A DNA stretch of 62,583 nt, filler included, from Choristocarpus tenellus KU-1152 (GCA_964200185.2; 8 parts of 8 records of this genome joined end to end with filler, not necessarily neighbours in it); one strand, 5' to 3'. Counted from the whole stretch's first letter, positions 47,941-61,176 are shown. Made by a program: numbers and translations. The notes: generated from the sequence alone by a model not told the origin.

Positions 47941-50100
47941 ATCAAACGTTATGACGGGACAACCCCAGAGGGCGAAGCTACTGGTACCACTATACAGTTG
48001 AAATGTTTTGAAGGGCGATGAGGCGAGAAGAGGGGCCCAACCAGAGACGAACTGTTTTTGAGATAATCTTCTCTGAGTATCACCTTTCCACCACTGGACA
48101 CACAAACTTGTCGTGTCCGAGAGACTTGGTTGGCCGAAGAAAGAGGCTGGATAAGCCTTGAAAAATAACTCATTTGCCGCTGACCTCCTCACTCAGACCC
48201 TTCATCCCTCTTTCCGTCCTCCTCTAACTCATGTTAACCTTCCCTCTGCCTGGGAATGGAGCTCTGAAGGTATTTCTCGGACTAGTCGTTGACCAGTGAT
48301 AACCTGATTTGATCTTACAGCTAAAATACTCGCCATTTTCCATACAGATTGTTTGTCGCTAGATTGAGCATCCCCCCCCATACACTCTAAAAAAGGGCCA
48401 TTTATCAGCCCTTGGCCCAACTGGCTTCAATATTTTCCACGTCTTTAGTGCTTCACTCTTCTGCTCGGCCCATATACTTGACGTAGGCCACACAAAGTTC
48501 TGCTGTCTTTTGCTCGCTATCATCCCATCCTTCCTTATCCTTATCACCCTCTGCACGGACAAGGGCATATCCAGGAGATGGGTCAACATCGTAGTCATGA
48601 TGTAGGTCATTACCCAAACCGTCCTTAGAGTACTTGAGCACATTCATGGTTCAAGAAGTCAGAGGTGTTGAATGAGCTTGCTTGTATGGCTTCCCACCTA
48701 TCCATATAGAGATACCACTGTTCCACGAGGGTAGAAAGTCACATATATATCTGATCCTACATAACAGTGGCATCTCAATAATTGAAACCTCCATCCAAAC
48801 ACAACTCTAAGTTAAAGAAAAGTACCTTTTGGTTCCTTGGATATGTACGTCGCTAAATCAATTATTACAAGTGGAATACCGTAGTGATTTGGTCATTACG
48901 ATTCGTAACACTAGAAATCTCGAAAGCATCTAAATTAAAATGCAGATGAAGAAAGTACCTCTAATAGTAACGGCCTGTCAAAGAAGGTTCAACACCTTCT
49001 CCTGTTCTCAGTAGACACCAGAACCAGGGGGAAACAGTACCACCGACACCATCAATAAGTGTCAAATAGTGAGATATGAGTGCCATCAGGATGATAGTAA
49101 GTCGCACAACCATTGGACTTGGTGTGCCATCAAGACTCAAACCCATAACCTCTGATTTGATTAATACTTCAGAGTATTTCACAATCAGTACTACAATACG
49201 TCAATATTCTTAAGAATTAATTCATGCATAGAGTTATCCAACTCTAGATGAGGTAGTAAACCATCCTCCGTTACACAAGCTACTCTCCTCTGTCCCTCAT
49301 CATCCAACATATCGACTAACATATTGTCCAACATACAGCATTCCAGAATGTGATACACGGAACTCTTCTAAATACCCGATGCTCCAAACCCATTGTTCCA
49401 AGAAAATGGAAATAGTAGACAGAAAAAAAAAGTCAAGGTGTACAATACTTCTTTGTTGTATGGACTTTATCTCACACAAGCAATGAAGCATAAACTAGGT
49501 AGCACAGATAATATCCAGCTTTAAAATCTCCAAACAACTGGTATATGACTCCATGAACGTTGAAAACCATAGTAACTCTCACCGGGCCAGTGGATGCAAC
49601 CCAAAAGTAGCCTCCAGTCACAAGCAGTTCATTCCAGAAGGGTACTGAGCTCAGAGCCATGACAACAGAAATAACCAGGACGGCCTTTGCTAAGATTGTG
49701 ATGTCTTCACCACTGATACACTGACACCTCCTGTATTTCTGTCAACACGAAGAGATCACACGGGAAAGCCAAGTGGAGGGATACCATCTTTGATGCTCTA
49801 CTCGAGAGTACTGTTTCCTGTGGGTGCTAGTGATTCAAAAGTCCAGTTCCCTTGATCCGAGGTCCTATGGCGATGAATTTTTCATCAGTAAGTCTCTGAA
49901 GAACTCTGGTGTATGTAATAGAAGGGAGATCGCAGATCCGGTTCATGAGCGTAACATCACTCCTCTACCCTTCTCAAAAGGAGAAAGTCAAGTTCATGAC
50001 ATAAGGTTATCGAAGCCTTTTCCATGACCAGAAGCTGCCGCCGCAACATCTGGTGTTACAGCAGGCACGGTGCTAAGGTAGAGAGAGCTCTAGGATCGCT
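47941..50100 (-). mobile_element. Degenerate Ty3/Gypsy pol remnant
   Basis: APLLASSPFKTFQLYSGTSSFALWG (ORF 47893-48192) resembles the RT-RNaseH linker APLLxxPDxxKPFxLYTDASxFALG; SPMVV...PDGTH RT start near 49080-49125. Confidence 0.5.
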
Positions 50101-52896
50101 CGACTACGTAATTATGAAACAGACGACTCTATTAGCGACTGAGGTTCACCATAATAATACGCAATACACCAATTGAGTATTGATTAAGGTTAGTGATATT
50201 CTGGCTATCTCTTATGACCATTGCTTCCTGTCTGTGTTCATTACTACATCCTCGGTAGCCGTTAAGTTAGACCGGGTATGAATAAGTATGGTCATATACG
50301 ATCTGACTTGGAGAACCTTGCATCAAATTGTAACGGCCCAACCATTGAACAGTGCAGTGTTTTTTTTTGTCAAAGAGGTGAACGGGCTGCCGAATGACTA
50401 CAGTCTGTATCCTCAAAGTTTAAGAAACAGGTTGCCGATGCGGCTCACTTATCAAGAGGGGTAGAAGGAGTTGAACCTCTTATGAGGAAGTAGGAGCACT
50501 AGCATTGCTTTCCCAAACAGTTACATCCTCTTACCTCGTTGATGTGGGCGAGGCTNNNNNNNNNNNNNNNNNNNNNNNNNNNNNNNNNNNNNNNNNNNNT
50601 TAATTAATTAANNNNNNNNNNNNNNNNNNNNNNNNNNNNNNNNNNNNNNNNNNNNGGGCACTATTGCAGAGTGAGGTAGAGGTGCTCAGTGAGGGGACAA
50701 TGACAATCAATAAAATAATAAACAACAATTACTGTACATCTGGGGTCTTATGCATAATGAAAAAGAAAGAACAGAGGTGGGAACAACAACGAAATAGAAA
50801 GAGGAACACAAGGTGTAACAGTGGGACGCACTTGATGTAAGTTCCGAAGTAACTTAGATGACGTTTGCTATGATATTCCTGTGTGTGATGTGGGTCAACT
50901 GAATATCAACTGATGCTATGCTTCTATTTACTGTCGTCGATGTGATGATGAGTTGGAATGCGCAATAAATTAATTGAACACTAACAACCAGTGCAGTGCA
51001 CCAATCAAACGTCAGTACAAGCTGGTGGTATTGTGTATCATATCAACAAAAAACAAATGAGTAGACCATGCTATAACAGGAATTAATCAAGCCATTCATT
51101 TACACAAGTCTTGAGAACATCAGCTTCTTCAACATACTAGCTAGCGTTTCTTATTGAAGTGTGCTAATTTTTAAAGGCTAGCGTAAGTTGATTGGAGGGA
51201 GACTCCTGGTGGAGGCGTCCATCGGTTATAGCAAACGTACTTCGAGAAGAGCGGAGTATCGAGAAACGACGCTTGCAACACTGGTTGAAGATGGTGGAGG
51301 GGTAGTCGAGTCAGAGGACGAAGATGAAGAGGCATTGAGCAGAACCGCACAGCAGACGACTACTACAGGACAGAGAATACGACGGCTGACCCCACTCCCG
51401 TCATAGTTTAATGCTTATAGTGGGGATTATGACGAGGAAGGTTATGCTACTTTCGAGAGAAATGTTATTTCGTGTGCTTCGATCGGAGGATGGAAATATG
51501 TAAGTTGTGACTTTTGTGATTAAGCTAGATGGACGGAGCGAGAAGTTGAAGAAGCGAGCATGTCTATGGCAGCTTTGGTGATGGATTTGGATGAACTAGG
51601 AACATATGTTGCCGATAACCCATGACAGTCCTTCGGGATCATTTCAAGCTTTGAGGAACCATTTTTCCACAAGTAGAATCACTGACAGGGCTACCATGCA
51701 TTCCAAACTTGATTCTCTTCCTCTACCAGTGAGGGAGGATCCGTCCACTGCCATTATGGGACTAGATAGCATTGTGAAGAAGATGGACTTGATGGGTGAT
51801 GAGCCTAGCGAGGCACGATTACAAGTACCATGCACAATTGTTTAACAGATGAATACTTTTTCGAGATTAGCCATGATATTGGAAAGGTCATGCAGCTAGA
51901 CTTGATCTTCAAGAACGACTATTCTCGTTTTGTTTTGTTATATTTCCTTCGTGCTAGGTTGGATGCTGCCGAAGCCTTCAAGAAGTACCTGGCCGATATC
52001 CGGGCTGACGGTACTCTCTCTTGGGTCTTGTGCATGCGGTCTGATAATGGGGGGGAATTATATGGGGGAGCTTTCGGTGCTCTTTGCTGTGATCGCGGGA
52101 TAAAACAGGAGTTTACACCTGGAGACAGCCCTCAATTTGATGGTATTGCTGAACGCATGCTGGGTATTATTGATAAAGCTTCATTAGCTGCCCGCCTTCA
52201 AGCTCCACTTAGTTTCCCTCTTTTCACTATCTCCAAGACAGACTCTCTATGGGCTGAAGCTCAACACTATGTCTGTGACTCACTCAATCGCACATCGACC
52301 ACGGCTAACCCAGGTTGTAAATCATCATATGAAATGTTGTATGGCACCCCTGCACCTGTTGACCTACCAATTTCTTCAACCTGATTTTTGTCGTCTTAGT
52401 AAAACCCGTAAGACTTTCCAAAAGGCTCAAAGGTGCTTTTACCTGGGGCCAGGAATCAATCGCCCCCGTGATGCGTACCGTGTTCTTACTTCGACCAGTG
52501 CCATAGTTAACTACACGTAGCCTGACCTTGCCGTGCACTAAGGACCCTAGTCTTGCCCCAGTAGGAGAGGTTGCCCCTGCTTTGTGAAAGGGGGGGGGGG
52601 AGCTTGATGCAGACCCTCGTTCTGAGGACAAGGTTTCCCATCCCAAAGCAGTTGACTCACCATTAGATGTACAATCTATTTGTTCATTTCACTCCTCCAC
52701 TTCATCCTTCTCTGACGACTCTTCCTGCAGAAAACGGAAGTCAGGACAGTTTGTTCTCGGTGAGAGACCATCCTTTGGTAACAAATGAGAGGATTTGACT
52801 AATGATTACCCACTTGGTGAAGGGAGCGTAGGTCAGATTGTCAAGGATCTGGCTGTTGACCCTTTCCCTGGTGATGAGGAGGGAGGTCAGGTTGAC

Positions 52897-53154
52897 GAGT
52901 GAAAGTATCCTAGAGGGTGCGAGTTTTGCCCAGTTTGTCCATTTGGGGCTTGGAATCCCATGGGTTTTTTTATGACACTTTCCTACACCAAAATGTTTCG
53001 GGTTAGGAATATATATACGTTATGAAAAGGTGTGTCCGGAACAAAGATGTTGACACTTCCTAACAAACACGATAGCCAAAATTACATCGAAATCGCAACA
53101 TTGAATTTTGACCTCCAAATGGACGCGGCCCTACGCTCTACCATACTTTGGCTC
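52897..53154 (+). mobile_element. MITE family A
   Basis: Full TIRs; TSD TGAC. Confidence 0.93.
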
Positions 53155-54023
53155 TGACATGAGTCTGCCCAGAGACACTACCCGAGATGGTGAAGAGAGT
53201 GTAGGATATGTCTCATCCTTGAGTTCACAGCATTTGCCTCAGGCAGGTGCTGACCGAACAGCTGTGTACTGCATCTCGTCAGCTGGAAGAAAAATTCTTC
53301 CCAATCCAGTCCGTGAACCTTGCGTTGAGTTGGTTAGGACTAGACAGGAAACTCATGCCAGAGCTGAGAGCTGAGAGGGAGTGCAGGTGTTGGTAATGTG
53401 GTGTCTCTTATTGCTAGTGTAGAGAGGAAACATGTTGCTTGTGACTTGGCTGTACAGCCCACACCTGAGTCTGTGTTGATGAGTACCCCCTGCATTGTCG
53501 TCTTGTTTCTGAGTTGGGATCAGCACCTCAATCTTATGCTGAGACTCAAAAAGTCTGAATACTGGCTGGTATGAGAAGAGTCCATGTCTAAGGAGTTCCA
53601 TTGTTTGTTGGACATGGGTACCTTCAGTGCTGCAGATGTACCTCTAGGCCGTAAGGTCACTGGTTCCAAGTGGGTGTTCAAGTGGAAGAGTGATCCTTTT
53701 TTGGAATGTTTAATGGGGCTAAGGCTAGGCTAGTTAGTTGCTCAGGGTTTTGGTCAGGAGTATGGGTCTTGAATATTTCGAGAACTCTGACCCCACTCCT
53801 TCCCCCTCATTAGTTAGACTAATGGCCAGTGTGGCATGCGAGTTGGATTTGAGATTGTGGCACCTAAATGTGGAGCAGGCATTTGTTCAACCTGACTTAG
53901 ATGAGGAAGTGTACTTGCGCCTCCGACAGGGATGTGGAATCTCTCCTATACAACCGTACGCCTTTACGGGTCCCTGTATGGTTTAAAACAAGCCTCTAGG
54001 ACTTGGAATACCTACCTGGTTTC

Positions 54024-54282
54024 GAGTCAAAGTATCTTAGAGGGTAGCGCCGCGTCTATTTGGGGACCAAAATCCAATTTGGCGATTTTGACGTAATTTT
54101 GGTATCGTGTTTGTTAGGAAGTGTCAATATTCATGTTCCGGACACATCTTTTCGTAACGTATACATTTTATCTACTCCTAAACATTTTGGAATAGAAAAA
54201 TGTCATAAGAAAAACCCACGGGAAGTCAAGCCCCAAATGGACAAATAGGTTAAAACTCGTGCCCTCTCAAATACGTTCACTC
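54024..54282 (-). mobile_element. MITE family A in Copia RT
   Basis: TSD TTC; removing the element and one TSD restores WNTYLVSTLKRNSFDQCRIDPC. Confidence 0.95.
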
Positions 54283-55934
54283 TTCCACCCTTAAGCGCAA
54301 TAGTTTTGATCAGTGTCGAATAGACCCGTGTATAATTAGACTCAGGAGGAATGGTATTGTGAAGATGATGCTTGCCGTTCATGCAGATAATAATATGATG
54401 GTTTTGGCATCTGGTGATGATTGCAATGATCTTTGTGCCTCCTTGAATAGTTCCCAACCAAAAAACCTTGGCTTATTGTCTCAGTATTCTGGTTGCACGT
54501 ACACAAGAGATTGGAAGCGTGATACCCTCTCCATTACCCAGACTAACTACATTTACAACTTGTGTTCACGGTTTTCCATCCAATCAACCACTCCTATCCC
54601 TGCAGTCTCTTCCAGAAATCTTGGAATTAGGGAGAGGGACAATATCTCAAAGGATTGTCCCTTCCGAAAGGCGGTTGGAGGGTTGATGTGGGTCAACAAA
54701 ATGACCAGGCCAGATGTGGCTAATACAGGAAAAGCTGTTGCCCGTCATTTGCATGCTCCGAGCCAAGTACATTGGAGAGCTGTGACCCAGATCCTCAAGT
54801 ACCTCAAAGGGACGCGAGAGTTGGGCCTTACCTACCGGAAAGGCACAGGATTGGAGTTGATGACCTACGCTAATGCAGATTTTGCCAATGAGTCTCTTGA
54901 CAGACTTTCTGTATCGGGGGGGCAGTGATGTGCGGGGGAGCAGTAGTTGCTTGACTTTCTAAGACCCAACGTGCCATAGCACAGTCGACTGCCGAGGCAG
55001 AATACATAGCCACGGGGGACTGTGAGAAGGAGTTCTTGTTTCTGCGAGGTGTGTTGGAGTTCTTAGAACCTGATAGGACTGGGTCATGTTATGCAGCGTA
55101 TGAGGATAACACAGGAGCTATCCATTTGGTTAACAGCCCTTTGAGTTCTGGCAGGACTAAGCACATAGATGTGCGACATCATTTCCTAGGGGACTTGGTA
55201 GCCAATTGACAAATAAAGAATGTTCAGGTCACGTCAGATGAGCATCATGCAGATGTGTTGACTAAGCCTTTAGCAGAAGAATCTTTTTGGAGGCATGTAG
55301 GGGCTTTGCTAAATATTTAGACTATGTTTGGTGGTTTTTGGTTCTTGCTGAATTTGTTTTTTTTTGTGCTTGTTTGGATTTTTTTCTTCAGTGAGTTCAA
55401 TACCTGGTTGTTTTCTTGTCATACAAGATCGACCTGAGGAGTCTCCTAGGGTCCATAATTGTACCTTGTCAGTTCTCAAGCGTTGTTTGAGGTAGGGAGG
55501 GGGTTCGATTAGACTCTTCCTTCCGACTCTATCGGACACTTGTGGTAAACTGTATATGGAGTAAGAGAACAATCATTAGTGATTAAGTTATCAGAACCTA
55601 TTTCTTGTGATTTGCTATATGAGAACATTTCTCGTATAGAAGGAAATATTTATGATTTATGGGGTTCTGCATGCCCCACTTAACCTTAATCAATCCCTCT
55701 ACAGACATCAAGCAATCTCCCTGGGTTTTATCACCTTTTTTATTTATGATGATTTGGGCGATACTTTAACAACTGACACATCCTGACCCCACCCCAAGAC
55801 ATCACCCGATGTATCAGACATGACAAATAGAATTGTGTCAAGACTAGTTGTTGCCGAGGGGGGGGCAGGGACGGACGTATTCGTCCCCAGAACGGCTGCA
55901 GTAGATATCATCTCGGGGAGGATATCTGAGGTGA

Positions 55935-56300
55935 CTACAATATCAGAGGAAGATATTGTAGCAACAAGTGAGTGTTCACTTGGAGAGGTTGAAGGAGATT
56001 CCATTGTCCCAGAGGGAACTGTTGAGGAGGAGATGCCTACCTCAAGGATGGTCAGAAGCTGATGTCAATGTTGGGAGGTCGACTGGAGTAAGCACAATAT
56101 CAGAGGAGGATGTTGTAGCTACAGGAGAGTATACCCTTGGAGGGGTTGCAGGAGATGCCTTCGACCCAGACCGTTGAGGAGTGGACTACGTCAGAGATGG
56201 TGGGAATGGATAGCGATCTGGAGCGGTCGACTGGAGGGAACACAATGCCAGAGGAGGATGTTGTGGCAACCGATGAGTTGACCTTTGTTGAGGCTGCGGC
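55935..56300 (+). repeat. Three ~150-bp coding tandem repeats (TISEEDVVAT...)
   Basis: ACAATATCAGAGGARGATRTTGTAGC-like motif at ~55937, 56094 and 56242. Confidence 0.85.
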
Positions 56301-58047
56301 ACATATTACTTCCCCGTGGGGGTCGATTGGGGGAATGAGATCTGCTGTGTTTATTGGTATATATCACATGCAATACCAACTGGGACATTGCCCTGAGGTG
56401 ATGGTTAGGAAGTATGCCAAGGGGGGTGCCAATATTTTGACTGGCGAGTGGAAGAAGGATGAACGGAAGATAAGGCATACGTATACTGTGCCTGGAACTT
56501 CTCAACTCAATGGAAAGGTGGAACCGGCCATCGCAGAAAAGTGCTTGGTCATAATGCATGCAGCTGGTCTGGAGGTTTGACCGGGATTGTGGGGTGAGGC
56601 ACACGACATGGCTAACACCATTCCTAACTTGTCCCCCATGTTTGTTAATCCCCGCTGGAAATCCCCATACATGGATTTAGGGAAGTTAAACTAGGTCCGA
56701 GTGGGATTGCGGATGAGTCCAGGCAAGATGCTGCTGAGAATGTTCTGCTAAGTCCCACGACAGCAGAAAATGCAAGGGGGTTGGCTATGGAGAGAGAGGA
56801 GTTGGGTAAAAGGTTGGATACTGTCATCGGTGATGTGGATCCAATGTCACAGCATGGGAGTGGAGACAGTGCAATCAGATGGTGTATCGGATACAGGCAT
56901 GGATGATGTGGATCATACGTCCCAGCAGGGGAGTGGGAAGAATACATTGATGGTGATACTTGGAGATCATAACAGTGATCCTTTACCTGAACCTGACGCA
57001 CCATCCGAGCAACAGCTAAGGTCTATGAGAGAGGCAATGGAGTCGGAGGAGTGGCCCTTGTGGAAAGGGACTGTGGATGAGGAAATAGGCATGCACGGCA
57101 GACAGGCAAAGATTCAGTTTGCTTTCCTATTAAATAGGCACAACATTTTCGGTCGAGGCACATGGATGATAAAGGGAGAGTGCAGAGGTCCAAGGCGGGG
57201 CTAGGACTATAGGATGGCAAAGTTTGATTGAGCAGTGGGATTACAAAAGAAGGTCCTGTGTGGGATAGTCCAGGCGTCTCGGAACTGGAATTTTCAGCTG
57301 GTGAAAGCTTTGCTGGAGCTGGGATTGGAACAATCTGAGGCAGATCCATGTTTTTAACATTGATTGTGGATGGTGAGGCTATGATGATCATGATCGTTCA
57401 TGTTGATGACATGCTGATGGAACCAGGGGCTGGCTATGCTTTGGGTGTCATCGAGGGACTTAATAAGAAGTTCTGAATGGTGAATTTGGGTGAGGTGACC
57501 AAATGAATTGGATACAGGATCAGGAGGAACAGAAAACTGGGACACTTGTTGGTAGACCAGAGCTTGTACATAGGAGACCTGGCTGATAGACATGGAATTG
57601 GCACGACTTACGAGTCACCATCAATCGCAAAGAGGGTGGAGTAGGAGGGACGTGTTCCAGACGGCTCAATGGTTGGAGGTATACAATGGGCTACTATTTT
57701 GACTTGACCAGATGTTTCTTTTGGGGTTAGAGAGTTAGCATATTGTGTGGAGAATCCAAGTTGATCTGATCGGCTGAATGCCAACAAAGTTATTTGGAAT
57801 CTGTTAGGTACTAGAGATCGTGGCACAACCTTTGGAGATTTTGGATTGTATGGGAATGGACCAAGGGACCAGCTAATGGGCTATACAGATGCTGACTATG
57901 CAAACTGCAAAGAGAGTAGGTTATATCATTTTGGAGTTGTTGTAATGTTTGGGGGAGGATGTGCTGACTGGTAGTCTAGGAAGCAGAAAATGGTGACCCT
58001 GTCTACTGCTGAGGCTGGGTATGTTCCACCGTGTGAGTTGGGGAAAG

Positions 58048-58306
58048 GAGTGAAAGTATCTTAGAGGGTACGAATTTTTCCCTGTTTGTCCATTTGGGGC
58101 TTGGCTTCCCATCGGGGTTTTTATTACATTTTCCTGCTCCAAAATGTTTTGGAATATGTCAAATTGTCTACATTATGAAAAGGTCTGTCCGGAACAAGGA
58201 TACTGACAATTCCTAACAAACACGATAGCCAAAATTACATCAAAATTGCAACGTGGGATTTTGGCCCCAAATGGACGCGGCCCTGCCCTCTAAGATACTT
58301 TGGCTC
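58048..58306 (+). mobile_element. MITE family A in Copia RNaseH
   Basis: TSD AAG; removal restores ELGKEVMFL. Confidence 0.95.
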
Positions 58307-59572
58307 AAGAGGTTATGTTCCTCAAGTAGGTGCACATGTTCAAGCAACGACCTGAAATGATTACTCTGTATCAGTGTTTGAGGATAATAATCGTGCAAAT
58401 AAGATTGCTCGGAAAGCTGTATCTGGTGGTAGAACAAAGCACATAGATATAAGGTATCACTATGTACGCCAGTTGGAGAGAGAAAGAAAGATATCAATTG
58501 GATATTTGCCTCAGAGTTCCAACATACTGGTCCTTTTACAAATGGTTTAAGGTTCACTCCATAGGCATTCCAGTATTATCGTGCGTAGGATGAAGTGGGA
58601 TTGATTTTTTGTGTTGAAAGTATGCCCAATAAGTGACTGAAGTGTAATTTTTCACTTGAAGCTCAAGGCATGGGAGTGTGTCAAGAAAATTCATTCAATT
58701 CATGTGATAAAGAAGATATTGTAAGCAACAATCTAAGGATGAAAGAGACCATATTGTGTTCTGAAGAATAGAAGATATGTTTGGGTTCAAGAACTAGAAT
58801 ATGGAAGAGTTCAGGAATAGGGAGCATTGTAGGAAGTAATATGTGATTAGCGATTACTGATCCATAGAATAGGAATGATTTGGTGGCATGGACCCCCCCT
58901 TGGGCATGGATGCTCCCTCCTCCTTTCACCTTCCGTACTTCATCTACAACTTGTTAAACCAAACAAGGAATCAATCAAGATATTTTCATACACAAGTCTT
59001 TGGAGCATCAGCTTCTTTAACAATTCTGAAGTCTCAGTCGAAGTACTGAGCGACTATTTGTCCTGAATATTGTCTCGAAATATCCAGAATTTCCAGCCTT
59101 CTGGTTTCCAAAGTGGACACGGAATACTGGTTGTTTGTGTTTGAATCCATAGTAGAAACGGACAGTAGTGCTATAGAGATACAATACCCACTTGGGCGCA
59201 AGTATGCAATATGAAGGGTATGACTCCAGCCCATAAACGTGCATAGGAAGCACCACTGGTCGTCAAAACAAAGAACAGCAATACCAATATACGTGGGTGG
59301 CCTCACCCTTATCTATGACCCAAGAAGGAGAAAGTGCAGTGTCGCGTTCAACGTATATACAACAACCTTAACGCTGCTATCAAAATACTTACATTCAAAG
59401 CAATATACTCTGGAGTAGTAAGTATGAATAACAACAATTCCACCACCATTGTTTCTACTCTTCCTCCACGCCCAGAGTGCTCATACCTCCCCCACTGCTA
59501 AGTCTGTCGCAGTTTTCACCTTGTGCCGTACGTCACTAAGTGCATAAGATTGAGTCAGGACAAATCAATATC

Positions 59573-59829
59573 GAGCCAAAGTAGACGAGAGGTACCTGGC
59601 GTTCGCCATTTTCCATTATAAGCCAGTTATTTCATCTCTTGCAATTCATTCATATTTCTACGGATGAAGCGCTAAGTTTGACTTGAGAGGTTGATTTCTC
59701 TATTTTTTTGAACTTTTGGACACCATTCGGAAATATACTACACACTTTAGTAAAAAATGCCAAATTCTGAACAAAGTTGTTCGCATCCTTTAAAGTGCAA
59801 CTCTGGGTACCTCTCGCTTACTTTGACTC
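59573..59829. mobile_element. MITE family C
   Basis: TIRs GAGCCAAAGTAGACGAGAGGTACC / GGTACCTCTCGCTTACTTTGACTC. Confidence 0.8.
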
Positions 59830-60180
59830 TTCACCCCACCAATCAAAATGACGACCCCCCACTGACAACTACTTCGAAGTATACTGTACAGAAAGAAAAA
59901 TCTTTTTGTAATCATCTCTTATCATCTATAAAACCTTGCCCAGTCCAACCCTTCAGGAACGGTAAGGGATTAAATGGTAGTATGTCCAACAAGTCAAACT
60001 CATCTTCTACAATTTCCAACACCCTGACCCTAAAAATCGCACATTCTCACTATGAACAACAATGTTTGCCTGCGATTCCAGTAGAGGCGAGTGTTCGTAC
60101 ACATTACTTAGTAGATCAATATCTCCAAGAAAATATATCTCTGTTGTTCTTGGTTTTCAAATAGTAAATATTTTCGGGAG

Positions 60181-60457
60181 GTACGTTAGATGGGCAACTC
60201 TTCTATCCACACAATACCTGTGATGTCAGAGGGCATAATAATATCACTATGTTTATAGATGTGATCTACTCCGTAGTTATTGAAGTACGTTAGGAGGGAC
60301 TACACTTCTATCCACATTGTAGTTGTGATATAAGAGGGCATAATATAAGTACAAGTACATTTATAGATGTGATTTACTTCGTAGTTATTGAAGTACGTTA
60401 GGATCCACAACTCGTCTATCCTCATCATGGTTGTGATGTACTTCTTAATTATTGAAA
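60181..60457 (+). repeat. Tandem repeat, ~105-110 bp x 2.5
   Basis: GTACGTTAG...TCTATCC...TGTGAT...TTATTGAA recurs at 60182, 60285 and 60393. Confidence 0.85.
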
Positions 60458-61176
60458 CAGAGCTTTGGTTAATGTTTTCGATTTGGTAATGACAATATGA
60501 CCATGGTAATGTAGATAAGTATTCCTCTTGTACTCTTACCTTTTTAGCGCATAACGGTTAGGGTTGGGGTTGAGGTGATATGTACATATATATGTGTATA
60601 TTACTATGGACATGGTGTAAAATCTTGGATATTAACGTATCACTTACGTCCTGTTTCAACCTCTCCTTTCCCACCTCCATCACACATTATATGGAAATTT
60701 ACAAAGGCAATATATATGTAATACATCACAATCCTGTTTGAAAGAAGTGGTGATGTCAAACCAGAATAAAGAAATATTCTCGTTGAAATTTCGAAGCTAT
60801 TCCAAATAGTAGAAAATATATGCAATAATATTCGAAATATATATAGATTACAAAATCTCGATATCCTTAATAGTATTCATATCAAGAATAATATACCAAA
60901 ATAGTAGTATACCTTTTCGTTGAAAACATTTTATAATGCACCAACCGTTCAGTGCATGTTCAACGGAGTTGTTACCCTATTGTTACCCTATTTCAGGGAT
61001 ACTTTGTGTCAGGTGACCACCTGACGGTTGAAATTTCCTCCCTAGACTTCACCACACACACATCTATTAACCCTCACTTCTCAAGTATACTCGGACTGCC
61101 AACCTTCACCCACGGATAGCAGCACACAGTAAGGGAATACGTTGATGTGGAATAAGACTCAAGCGTTTCACTACAG

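Larger units (their letters stand above)
51190..55771 (+). mobile_element. Ty1/Copia retrotransposon (degenerate) with two MITE insertions
   Basis: Gag-like 51606-51845; integrase RSDNGGE...GIKQEFTPGDSPQFDGIAER...LWAEA (51830-52384); RT SKWVFKWK, YGLKQASRTW, VHADN, TRPDVA; RNaseH STAEAEY, RTKHIDVRHHFL, ADVLTKPL; PPT at ~55488-55503; LTR to ...TTTAACA at 55771. Confidence 0.93.
55772..59022 (+). mobile_element. Second Ty1/Copia retrotransposon (degenerate) with 3' LTR 58679-59022
   Basis: QLGHCPE...LTGEW (GAG-pre-integrase), YTVPGTSQLNGKVE, EAMESEEWPLWK, IVHVDDML, GYTDADYA, TLSTAEA, RTKHIDIRYH; PPT GGCATGGGAGTG then TGTCAAGAA...TTCTTTAACA. Confidence 0.88.
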
